Positions 1 to 12,200 of a stretch of DNA of 64,000 nucleotides are shown in pieces. The position numbers were made by a program, and so were the translations under genes. Source of the DNA: Oikopleura dioica (Eukaryota > Animalia > Chordata). The stretch is from contig OU015566.1 in the NCBI GenBank assembly GCA_907165135.1, positions 7,812,001 to 7,876,000 on the forward strand, written 5' to 3'. Numbering within the stretch: the stretch's first letter is position 1; each line of letters opens with the position of its first letter. Below the pieces are notes generated by a model. That model was not told the origin of the DNA and did not search any database. It worked only from the letters and a program-made list of their open reading frames with translations.

Positions 1-1015
1 TTAATATTTTTCATTTAACGAACTTCATTTATTGACAATTACGATTTTTGATAATAACAATAATGCAATAAAAACTGACTCAAATCACGAGTTATCAAGT
101 TCAATTGCGTGCGTTTATCAATTTATCAGAAAACAGTGCGAGACATCAGTCTCTTGAGTGAAGGGAAACAAAACAAGAGACGATGGGATCAGAATAAAAG
201 TCATTGAAATCAAATTCAGGACAATTTCGACGCGCCAGGATGCACTCAGTGCAGTTTTACGGCTGACCCAGAGAGTCGGAGCGCTACGACCGAAGATTTG
301 CTCCTACGGCGGTCTGCAGCTCTTCAAAGCTAACTTAGAGAAAACGGGAGGCGGGTACACTCGTTTCGGGATCCCCTTCCTCCGCTCAATTTGCTGCTGC
401 ATTAGAGAAGCAATAAATCGAAAGAAAGTGCGAGAAATTGGCTGCCTGAGAAACTTTTCGAAAATTCTTGAAAAGCCAATTACTTCGGAAACAAAACCGC
501 TGGCGGAAGGAGATGAGTGGATTCTGATGGCAAAAGCGATTGTTCTGACTTCGCTCACGAACTTTTATTATGACGATGAAGGGATAACGGAAATGATATC
601 GTTGGATTTTGCTTCGTCGATTGCTACTCTCGTAAGTTCTGAAGCCATTATCTCAGTTTACTTTTCCAAATATATATGAAATAATAAAATAAAAAATATA
701 ATTTCAAATAAAATTTGATTACAATCGACTTTAACAGTTGCACAATAATAAGCAAAAATACATTTATTTCAAATATTCTTGTGCTGCATAACGATGTCGG
801 TTAATAACTGCTCCTTCCTAAAGGCTTGAGTTTCATTTTAATTTTTCGTCAGTGAAGAATCGTTATATTCATTTTCATGTCATTCTTCGAAAATTTTCGA
901 ATTGTCTCGTAAATTATGATCTTCTATTTATGTAAAAAATTCCAAATGTAATCTTGTCTCCCTCTTTATGGCGTGAGCAAGCATTATCCAATTTCACGCA
1001 AATTTATGAAACCAA

Positions 1016-2086
1016 GTGATGCTAGAACCAATTTCAAAGAAATCAATGAATTTTCAGCTTCCTGAAACACTGATCGACATCGCCGAAAGCCCAGATGCAC
1101 CGACCGACTACGACCATCAAATTGCTGCTAGCTCCGATTTGCCCACCGCTTTCAACAAAGTAGACCTCGTTGCTCCTCTAACCGCGCCGCAGAATTCCGT
1201 CCAGAAGATGAAAAGACTTCAAAGTAGCTCTTCGTCTGATGAGTCTTTTGAATCAGGTCTTAGCCCTCCCAGCTCGCCTGTCAGAAGAGCATTCAAAAGA
1301 AGAAAACGCAGTCATAGAACTTGGAGCAGTAGCTCTGACGAAAGTCTCGGAACTCCTGGATTGCCCGCTTCTCGCGATCGCTTATCAGCAATTGAAGCTT
1401 CGCCCGACCGAAGCAGATCTGCAAGCCCCTTGTCAATTTTACCTACTCCACCTCCAACACCTAATCATGAGCCAACCCAAACTCCCCCTGTGCAAGAAAA
1501 AGTCTCGAATAAACTGACTCAGGAAGAAGCCGCGATTACAATTCTCAACAGATTCATGATGGTCAAACCAAACGAAACAATCGAGCAATTATCAAAGCCA
1601 GAAGTCATCATTGCGATATTTTCGTACATCAGCAAAGGCGGCCAGCTGAATTGGATAATTCAGAAGATCATGGAAAGCATCATCTCAAAGGGAAAATTTA
1701 GCAATCTTCTGATCGCAAATTTCATGACCGTCTTGGCAAAGACAATCGAAGACCGATACACTCTTGATCTCCCGGAAGACAAAAAGGACGATCTTCTTTG
1801 CAACATCACTGCGAAATGGATAGAAGAATTTGTTGTTGCTTCAAGAGAACATATTTTCACAATAGACGCTTGGCTAGAAGCCGGAGAGGATGATCAACAA
1901 CTGGCGGTGGCGCGAACGATTCCATTTTTGCTCAGTGACGAGTCTAACTGGCTTCATTTGCCGGCTTCTTTCGATATTTTAAAAGTGAGTGTAAAAGGGA
2001 AAAGCAGCCTGGTTAAGAAAATCTTTAGGATAATATTGATGAGCACAGTTTTCGATCAATCCTTGCGTTTTGCACCGAAGCACTAA
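1016..2086 (+). CDS. Intronless 356-aa orphan ORF: Ser/Pro-rich N-half with a basic NLS-like stretch, helical C-half; possibly TE-derived
   Basis: Long open frame with no intron in an intron-dense genome; RRAFKRRKRSHR motif; no family recognised. Confidence 0.45.
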   Translation: MMLEPISKKSMNFQLPETLIDIAESPDAPTDYDHQIAASSDLPTAFNKVDLVAPLTAPQNSVQKMKRLQSSSSSDESFESGLSPPSSPVRRAFKRRKRSHRTWSSSSDESLGTPGLPASRDRLSAIEASPDRSRSASPLSILPTPPPTPNHEPTQTPPVQEKVSNKLTQEEAAITILNRFMMVKPNETIEQLSKPEVIIAIFSYISKGGQLNWIIQKIMESIISKGKFSNLLIANFMTVLAKTIEDRYTLDLPEDKKDDLLCNITAKWIEEFVVASREHIFTIDAWLEAGEDDQQLAVARTIPFLLSDESNWLHLPASFDILKVSVKGKSSLVKKIFRIILMSTVFDQSLRFAPKH

Positions 2087-2139
2087 AAAAGATCCCCCGG
2101 ATTGCAGATAATTCGGAATCCCATAATTCGGAATCGCTT

Positions 2140-2967
2140 ATGATTGGTAAAGATTACGATGATAAGCGGACCGTGACGGTGAAACTCGCAGACTGCAGCG
2201 TGACTGTCTCGCGGCGAAGGTTGGAAGAGATTTCACCAATGTTTCAGGAACGGAATTCTTCGGAGTCAAGAATAATGATTTCATCTGATAAAATCACTTC
2301 TGACCAATGATTTTTCCGCATCAAATTGAGTTTACTCAATTGGTTAACCAATAAGAATATTCCAAAAAAGGCGATGTTACATCACGCCGATTCAGCGCAA
2401 TTCACCGAATCTACCGATCTTATCCAATTGCCTACTTTCGATTCGGAGATTGTTTCGTTCGTCCTTGGAGTTTCCAAAACAAAACCAAAAGATCCTATCT
2501 CTGTTGATCTCTTTTGCCAACAGTATTTGATCGAGGAAAACATCAGACAAAAAATTCAAAGGTAAAAAGCTTACAGACATCAAGGACATAATTAATAATT
2601 ATAAAACTTAGCGCGCTTTGGGACTCGATCAAAAAAGGGTTGGAAGATGGTGAAAACGAGTCCCTTCTGATTCACGTTTCGGAAAACTCGAATTCCGAGC
2701 AGCTTTTGCCCTGGCCAGTGCGCGTCGTCGAGCACTTGGTTGACTTTTCCAACCGCTCGTTTTTCAAAAGATTTTTCTTCTCCCAATCAGGTAACGCCCC
2801 GTTATTCGCCCGATTCAGAAAAAATAAGAGAAATTTTAAGATCATGTTTTCAACATTCTGAATTATCTTCTGAGAGTTTCTTCACCGACATCAACATCCT
2901 GACTCAAATTTCAACTTTCAACATCATCTTTTTTTTTCAACTATGTCTATCTTGCAGTTTTCTCTGA
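2140..2967 (+). CDS. BTB/POZ-domain protein, multi-exon (approx. 2140-2247, 2371-2561, 2611-2790, ~2829-2967)
   Basis: Splicing 2247 to 2371 gives TVTVKLADCSVTVSRRRLEEISPMFQ|AMLHHADSAQFTESTDLIQLPTFDSEIVSFVL, matching the BTB pattern SPxFxAMF..F.ES...I.L; later introns are GT-AG. Confidence 0.6.
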
Positions 2968-3270
2968 GTTTCTGTGACTTGAATTTTCGCTGTTTCTTTA
3001 CATTCGAGAAAAATCATTTTAATTTTTTTACGCAATTTTTTATCATTTCTAGACTTGCGATAACAAAAACTTTTGGTGAGTTTATGGACTAATGAATTAT
3101 TCACAACATGAAGATCGACAGCGCTAAGGGACGGATTTACAGAGATTCTTCGTTTATTTGTTTTACACTTCAGTGGAAATTTTATGTAATTTCCAGCCTC
3201 ATACCTACTCGAGAAGGCTACATTTTTAGGATTAAAAAAGAAAGGCTCTAGCAAAAAATGTAAATCCCGA

Positions 3271-6200
3271 ATGAAGCTGAAAAAGAGTCACACAGAACCT
3301 CCCGCCGATTGCGCCGAGCTTATCGAGAAGCTCGTCGGGCTCAACCACGATGAACTACTCGATACCTTGACGAAAATCAACACATGGACAGTTGGCAAGT
3401 GCGAGCTTTACCACTGGGTTTCTGTGCTCGACAAGTTCGATGAGATCCTCGGCGAGGCTTGTTCGACTGTTGAAGGGCACCAATGGTACTACAAAGTGGA
3501 CAAGGATTCGAAGCTTCGCGATCTTGTTCTCGGGATCTTGAACTTTACCGCCTTGCTCATTGAGTACTCTTGCTCCCGTCACATCTACAATAGGTACAAA
3601 TAATGACATTACCCAATAGCGAAATGCTATTTTTAGCATCGATCATGTAATCTCGCTCATGTGCGTCGCAGACCTGGACGTCACCCATTCTGTTCTCAAC
3701 CTTCTCTACACTTTCACCAAGCGATCTACCTATTTAACTCGCCTAAATCAGGATACGCGTAAACGACTCATTGCCCAGCTCACCTATTTAGCAGACTCCT
3801 GGGGTGGGAAAGGTACCTTTTATCAACTCCAAGCTCACGACTTATTCTTACTCTAGAAAACGGCTACGGCCTGGCAGAATGTTGCACGGAAAGTGACAAC
3901 CGCCAAAAGTCCGCCACAACGCTTCACTTCGACTTCCGCGTCGAAGATGACAGCAAAAACGATCAACACCAAATCGAATCCAAAATCGAGTCAATCTATA
4001 TACAGGATATGTCGGTCTTTACCGACCCTCTTGGAAAAATTATGGAAGAGCTTCTTGACATGTACAACCGCTTGCCCAAAAATCTTCACATGAAGCTTTA
4101 CACTCAACTTCGACTTGGTAATTTCACTCTTCATTTTTCTCTATTTCGATCTTTTTTACTTAGCCCATTCATTCGGAAACAGCGCTGACCGGCTCAAGTG
4201 CGTTCAAGTCCGACTCCATGCAATTTCTGTTCTTGTTTTCATGAGCACTTCCGAAGCGTCGATGAGTCCCGTTCTCTATCCCGGCTTTGTCGAAGAAATC
4301 GTCGACTTGCTCATGCTTGAAGCTGATGAAAAGCTCATCGAGATCAAAGCCGCCGCTTTACGAACGATCACATCCATCGTCCATCTCGACCACCATCCGC
4401 GCCTCGTCACGATCATCGATGCCACTGGAAGTGGCGAGTACCACGGCCTTTTGCCAAAACTCATTCGTGAGTGCATCGCATCGATGACAAGCGAAGACGC
4501 GGCTGAACAAGGTGCGCCCGCTCGATTTCCTCATAGCCTCTCCACTGCCTTATTTTCCTTCCTCTACCACTTGTCCAGCTATGAGAGTGGCGCCGAAGCC
4601 CTTGTCAACTCTGGCATGGTCGAGAGCCTCCTCACTGTCATCCAGAAGATAGGCGATCAGCAAGACCAGATAATGTTCGTCACACGAGCTGTTCGAATCG
4701 TCGACTTGGTCACAAACGTCGAGATGACCAGCTTCTCTGGATTAAAAGGCGTTCAAATCTTCATCGATCGACTTGAGCGCGAAGTGGCCAGCTGCAGGGT
4801 GGAAGCTCCAAGAGAACTCGAGCCAAGAAAGAAATCAGCTGATGGGACAATGGAGATCGACGAAAATCTCCAAGAGTTTACCAAGAAAGGAGTGCAATGC
4901 ATGCCCCAGCGATCAGCCTTGTTCAAATCGATCCTCAACTTTTTGAAGAAGACGATTCAAGACCAAACGATGGCCGAATCCATCAGGCACATTATGGAGA
5001 GCTCACTGCCAAAATCCCTCAAACACATCATCTCCAACTGCGACTACTACGGCGCGAGCTTGTTCCTTGTCGCACTCGAGGTTGTACAATTCTACGTGTT
5101 TCACGAGCCATCTTTGCTTTCCAACATGCAAGAAACCGGCATTACTGATGTTATCCTTCAAGCTCTTTTGATCAAAGGTCCTCCAGCGACCAAAGAAGTC
5201 CTTCAGTTTCTTCCCGCCATTTTTACAGCTATGTGCATGAATGAAGCTGGCCTCAACGAGTTCCAGAGCTACAACCCATTCGAGAAGATGTTCAGAGTTC
5301 TGATCAACATCGACTATCTCCAGGCGATGAAAAAACGCCGTAGTTCTGAGTCAGCAACGGATACTGCTGGAACTCTTGGCTCATCTGTTGATGAACTGAT
5401 GCGTCATCAGAACTCTCTTCGAAAGCCTGCGATCGCAGCGGCTATCGACCTTTTGCACCATCTTGTTGATATTGGAAACAACCCTGATACCATCGTCGTA
5501 AAAACTCTGTCCAGCACTTCGAAAGTCGATGCTACTGTTACAGCTGAACCAGTAACAATTGACCAGGAAACTCAATCTGACGAGGAACGCGCAACGATGG
5601 ACGGAGAGTTCGTAGATGACGGAAATGTTGAAAATCCAAAGAAGCGACGTAAACTCGTCGACATGATTGAGGAACAGAAGAAAATAAAAGAACCTGAGAA
5701 AGTCCCATTGATGGAATACATCGTCAACGTTTGCAAGTTCCTCGACTCGATGCTTTCGAACAATAACACTCCTGATCACTGCAAAGAATTTATCGCAGCC
5801 GGCGGTGTTCCAGTCTTGCTGAAACTTGTTTCACTAAAATCACTTCCGCTAGATTTCCCAACTTCGGCAGCGGCTCAGCAAGTCGCTTCTGTTCTACGAG
5901 TGGTGTTCGTCCTCTCAAAGGACAAGTCTGTGCTGAAAGCAACGATAGATGTCGTAAAAGAGTGGCTTGACAAATATGACCAATACTGGCAACAGGAGTC
6001 CTCCAAGGCAACGATTGAGTCACCTTCATTGATGTTGCGTGAATATACTGATAGCACATTGGATCCGGTCAGATCTTCAATTGAAATGCCAATTTTTCAG
6101 CTAACGAGCAAGATCTTCGGCTTCGTAAATCTCCTTCAAAATATGACGAGCAATGTTCAAAACGAAGCACGTGTTATCTGTGTCAAAGTGTGGAGCAGTG

Positions 6201-9200
6201 AGACAAGCTTAAAAGTTCTTGATGGCTTCGCGAAGCTCTATCGAAATCTGATTTGGGAAAGTTCTTGCATGATTGAAATAATGGAGGACAAGATGGAAAT
6301 CGAAGGCCTTGGAAAAGCTGATCTCGACCGAATCTGTACAATTGACTGGTCAGAAGAGGTCAGTCCGCTGCCATCAGCGAGTGCATCATCTGCGTCATCG
6401 AATGCGACAACACCTGTGGACTCAAATCCTTTGAGCGGAGCTTCACCAACATCTGTGCTTCAAGACGAAGTTGGATCGTTGAATATCGGCTCTCCTTCCG
6501 AGCAAAATCGACCACTCAAACGACGATCTCCTGATCCACAAGACGCTCAAAGAATAGAGCAGCTAATGAAGAAAGATAAGACGATGAAGATTCGAAAGAT
6601 GATCAAAGACGTCCCATACGAAGCTGCCCAGAATCTCGGCGTCAAGCTCTCAACCCTGTTCCAGCTCCTGGTCAAGTTTGCCACAGCGCCAGCTCGGAGT
6701 AACCGCCGAAATCCAAACAAAATTCCACCGTCCACTTCTGCGCGAATGATTGCCAGCGAACTGATAAAACATATCACTGATACACTTGTTTGGAAGCCGC
6801 CGATTCAAGTTTCATCAACAAAATTCCGTCTTTTCTTTGGTCGATCCGCTACGCAGCTTCTCAGCGCGTTGCTCCTTGATGAATGCAAAGTTCCTTACAT
6901 GCTGATGCTCCAGCATTTGGATTGTGTCGATGGCTTGCGAAAGATGGAAAGCGCACTGTATTCCTCGATCGAAGATGCAGCTGGCGAAAGTCTTGAAAGC
7001 CTTCTTGAAAAAGAAACTCTCCCAAGAGGGGTCGGTGAACATCTTTCCGAGTGGCTTACTCTCATTGAAAAGCTTGTGGACACTCGAAAATACGATCAGA
7101 AACCAACTGATCGAACGTATGTCGATATGCCTGAGAACTACGCGCCATATCATGTTCCGTTCAAACGAGCCAGCTTCCTAGCTCATGCTCACACGATCGC
7201 TTTCCGCGCGATCAAGTTGCTCTGGGGCAAAAAGTGCTTGACAAACTTTGGAACGAAGAAAGAGTCATCCCGACTTTTGGAAAATATTCTCACAGTCTTG
7301 CGACACATCATCAAGTCGGAAGACTTCATCGATGAAGCTCTTACAGTTGAGCGAGAGTCTAGCGAAATCAATGCAAGCAATCGTAACAAGTCGATTCATG
7401 CATACTTTTTGAACGAAACAGAAGCTGACTGCAAGAAACATAACGGATTTAATCCGAGATTCAGCAAGATCATTCAGCAACTTGTAGCTGGTGAACAACT
7501 TGATGCAATTTTCGAAGAATTCAAGTGGTTGGAACCGAAAGAGTTCATCGATCGTCTGTACAGAAACCAGGACGGCTCATCAGAAAATCGTGATTTGGGA
7601 GAAGGAGGATCAAGAAGGCCAGCATCGAACGCGATGGTCGACGCTTTGTCACTTCTTAGTCAAGAAAGACAGTCGCAAAGCCGAGCAAGTACAGTTCGAG
7701 AAGCTACGAACAGATTGGACACCCTGCGAAGCAACTTAGAACGAATTCGGACCGATCTGGAAAATTCGGCAAATCGAGACAATGATCATGCAACGCTGTT
7801 GGCTAATAATGTGGAAACACTCGTAAGCATGGGATACAGTGATGATCTTGCTCGTCGAGCACTTGCTCAAACGAGAAATAATCTTACAGAAGCGATTGAA
7901 TTCTGTTTGTCTGCACCCGCAGATGAAGATGACGAGCTAGCGATGGCGATTCGACTGAGTCTTGGCGAGCCCACGCGTGATCCAGACTTGCCTGCCTTGG
8001 AATATGCTTCCTCGGAAGAAGAACCGCCAGTCAATTTAGTTGAGCCTTCTCCTCCTCGAGAGCTTACTTCGTTTGATAAGTTGAAAAAACTAAATAGTGA
8101 AAACGTCGCACGATTTGCTGCACTCTTGGCTTGTGGAGACTACATGCAATCTTTGGAAAGAAAAGACTCGCCCTACATCGAGCCTGCCGAAGTGCGAGCT
8201 TTCTCGGAAAATATGACAAGCGGCTGCTTCCAAATGCTCGAAGATGATCCAAAAGCGGTTTATTCTGTTTCTGATCTCTTGATCGCCACCATGCGTCGAA
8301 GCGACAAGTCGTGGACTCAGCAAGCAATCACAGACATAGTTTCAAAGATCAACCTCACGGCCAAGGATGTGCTGGAAAAGCAAAACTGCGTTCAAAAGAC
8401 GGTTGAAAAATCATCTGATCCAGGGCTGGCAAATTAGGGTCCTAACAGCCGCACTACCGAAAAATTGTTAGGGTTCTAACTCAAAATTAGTGCGAATTAG
8501 TGCGGCATCCCCGTCCTACCCGTCCTATTTTTTTCCTTGATATTTTTTCGTCTATTAGGACTGAATCGCCGCCCTAACCGTACTAATTATGAGGCTCTTT
8601 TTCATCATCCAATCGGCGCGCGCTTACCACCAGGCGCGGAGGACAAATTGGTGGAAGATTGAAAAAAGAATGGAGCTGATTGGATGAGAAAAACGAATGA
8701 CCCGCCATGATTGGCGCACCAATAAGCGCGCGCCTCTTTTAGGACGATTTTAGTGCGGCTTTTTCCAACTCGTACTAATCGCACTAAAAAGTTATAAAAT
8801 GAGAGTTAGGGTTCTAACAATAGGGTTCTAACTCAAATTAGTGCGGCTGGCGGGACCCTAATTTGCCAGCCCTGATCTGATCCAAATTTTTCGAAGGGTC
8901 TGCTGACATCGCTCAGGGACAGTGGTTTCGATCCAGGCCAGTTGCGAAAAGCCTCGCAAGATCTTTCAACAGGCCTGTTGCTTCTTACTTTATTGTTTGA
9001 TGAAGCAAAGATGAACTGTGCTAAAGCAATCGATGATAACAAGCTTATGGACACGATTGTCGAGCTTTTAACGATGGCAAAAGGCCTTATCGATGGAGTG
9101 TGCCAGGAGGAAGTTCCAAAATGGGTCTCCTCTAGTCTTCTTCTTGCCGATCTTTATCAAAAGATCTCTCTTGCTGATGAGCGCCGTAAACAACTGGACC

Positions 9201-12200
9201 TGATCTACTCCAATCAAAAAATCGTATGGAAGTACTACGAAGAACGGGAGAAACGATGGAAGGCGTACACTGACGATGAAAATAACAAGATCACGAAGGC
9301 GTACGAAAAAGGCGATACTTCCTGCAGACTTATTGGAAGGCGAAAGTATTTCATTTGCTTTAGTCGAATGATTCAACAAAGCGATGAGACTCCAAGTAAG
9401 AAACCAATCATGCGCTTCTACAGCGGTGCAAAAAAGGATGATAAAGCGATGGATGCATCACCAAAAGCCACCCTTGAAGCTCTTGCTCAAGATAGTGTGA
9501 AACTGACTGACGATCAGGCGCAGCATCTTATTGATTGCTGTGTGGCACTCTGTACAAGACAAAATACCGATTCAGACACTATCCATTCAAGTCTTCGAAT
9601 TATTCTCCGAGTGACAAAGAAGCACTCTTTGGCTCTTTTCTTTGCCGAACGAGGAGGCCTTGAAATGATGTTCAAACTGAATCAAAATCAAGGCTTCTCA
9701 GGATTCTACTCTATCGCTTCTCTGCTAATTCGGCACTTGCTGGAGTCGCCAGCGATCCTGAAAGCTTGCTTCCGAAAGACAGTCGCTCTTTTCGCTACAA
9801 CCAGCAGTGCCCAAGCAAGTCTTGGCGTGCATGATCGCGCAACTTCTTCACGAAGTTCTCACCGAGAAATAAATTTGATGCTTCGTCAGCTGAGTCCGGT
9901 TGCTTGTAGAAATCCGGACCTCTTTATCGAAGTTGTCCAAAAGCAACTGAAGATCAATATTCGAAATTATCATGGCGGAAAAGACATTTCAAACGTCAGT
10001 GCAGATACTGCTCGAGACGCATTCTTGAATAGCAAAGACAACGAGAAAGAAAACATTAAGAAAAATCCAGCGCCGGAGCTCACGAACATTCTCCAATTTC
10101 TCATAAACAAACTAGGCACTTTTTCGGAAGAGAAGGACAAGGAAATGGAAGATGAGCCACAACAACAGCCAAAACCACAGCCGCTGCTATCCCAAAGTTT
10201 GCTTTTGCGAATTCTTGCTGAAGTCATCAGCTCATATCCAGCTTGTGCTAGTGCTCTCTGCAAACTGAAAATTGCTTGCGTCGATTCAAATCTAATGGAG
10301 TTCATCATTGACAAGCTTTTACTTCACAAAGGAGAAACGACCCCAGATAATCTTTGTCTGAATCTTCTCGCTTGCTTCGCAGCCTGTGACCATGCGAAAG
10401 TCAAGAACACTTTTATCGCAGAATTGAAGAATGGCCTTGCTAGAATTGTAAAGCAGCCCGAATCGTCGCAAAAGCACCATCATCTTCGCGCGATTGTAGA
10501 GTTGGTCCTCGTTGCTATCAAGCGAAACAGCCCTCCTCAAAAGGATGACTCTTTGCGTGGTATCAGAAGTATCCCCGACAAAGATATTAACTCGCTCTCT
10601 ATAACTATGGTGAAGCGTGGGGTTGCACAAGATCTTGCCAGGACTATACATACCTTAGATCTTTCCAGTCCTCATCTTTCTGTCACGATAAACATCATCT
10701 TCAGGGCACTCGAAACGCTTTCTAAAGTCACAGGAATCGCCATCAATATCAAGAGTGATTCAAGCTCAAAGAAGTCTAAAAATGGAGTTGCAACTACTTC
10801 TGCTAATGCGAATGATCTTAGCCCAGCAGACAACAGTCCTCTTGGAGCACCATCATCATCTCATGTTCTTGAAGACTTCCCGGAATTGATCGCGGCTGAG
10901 CGCGAAATGCGACAACAAGCCAATGAAGCTCTTATGAACATTATTGCTAACGAAGAGCGAATCCATGAGTCGAGAAGAAATCGGCAAATGCTTATTGATG
11001 CAATGCCACCTCCTTCAAATCCTGATCGCCGAGATGACAACGATCAAGGGTCAAATATGGAATACGAAGATGAGCAAAGTCAAGAAGAATCGGTCGAAGC
11101 TGAAAATGAAACTGAGCCTGAGGATCTACCTGAGCTCCAGGACCTCTATCAAGCCGATGCTAATATGCACGATGATCACGATCATGGTGAAGAGGAGGAT
11201 GAGGATGAAGACGGGGGTGAAGACGTTGATGACGATGAAGATGAAGACGACGATGATGATGATGAAGATCGGGGTGACGGTCGCAACTACACCGAGAATG
11301 ATTACCTCCTTCCCGAAGGCGTCGGCATGGATCCACCAACTGAGGACATGGAAGAGGACATGAATCGCAGTGACGATGAAGAAGAAGACGATGACGACGA
11401 CGAAGAGTCCATCGAGTTTCCTATTCCCGGCGAATCAGGTCACTATGAAGGCGAAACCTACGAAATTCTTGATCCTTTTAATCACAGAGACATGATCCCC
11501 GGTATTGTTCCAATGGATCTTATGCCTCGTCGAGGACTTGAGCGTTTCATGGACCGGCCTACTATGGAGAATTTTAGCGATACTTTCGTTAACTCCTGGG
11601 GTCGCGGGCGAGATCATATCCCCTTCGGTGGTCGATTCCGCCACAGAGCAATCCGCACCCGAGGCGCAAGCTCAACGAGTAACCAGCCCCCACCGCCGGA
11701 CAATTCATCTCGAAATCTTCTTCAGCCACTCAACCCAACTCATCCTCTTCTAAGCCGAGTCGGAACTGGAAGCAATTCAAGCGCAACTCAACGCAATTCC
11801 ACGTCAAGTGCGCGCGACTACGTCTTGTCTTATTCAGGTCGAAACTGGGAAAGTTTAGGAAATCAGGTCTACCCATATTACTTCCATCGTCATCGACTTC
11901 GACCGCAGAATATTTACAACAGCCCAGGAACCTTCTTTAGTCGTGATCTATCCAGAAGTGCTAACAACTCGCTACCATTTTCTAGTGCTCAAATGAACAT
12001 AAATGATTTACTACCTGATCATATGGCAATCTCCAGATCGTCGCGACATTCCGATGAGAGACTCGGAGAAACGGAAGTAACATTCCCATCCGCGTTTTAT
12101 CGATGGGCCGAAGAGGCGACAGTTCTCGACGGGGAAAGTATTCACAATGTTGTACTGATTGTAAGAAACGACATTATGCCAGTTCTTGAAGAGCGCTGTA

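Noticed and set aside
158-679. 173-aa ORF with a GTG start
   Set aside because: No recognisable motif or splice support; could be chance or a TE fragment.
8468-8860. TTAGGG hexamers suggesting telomeric repeat
   Set aside because: Isolated copies within MITE subterminal repeats, not a tandem array.
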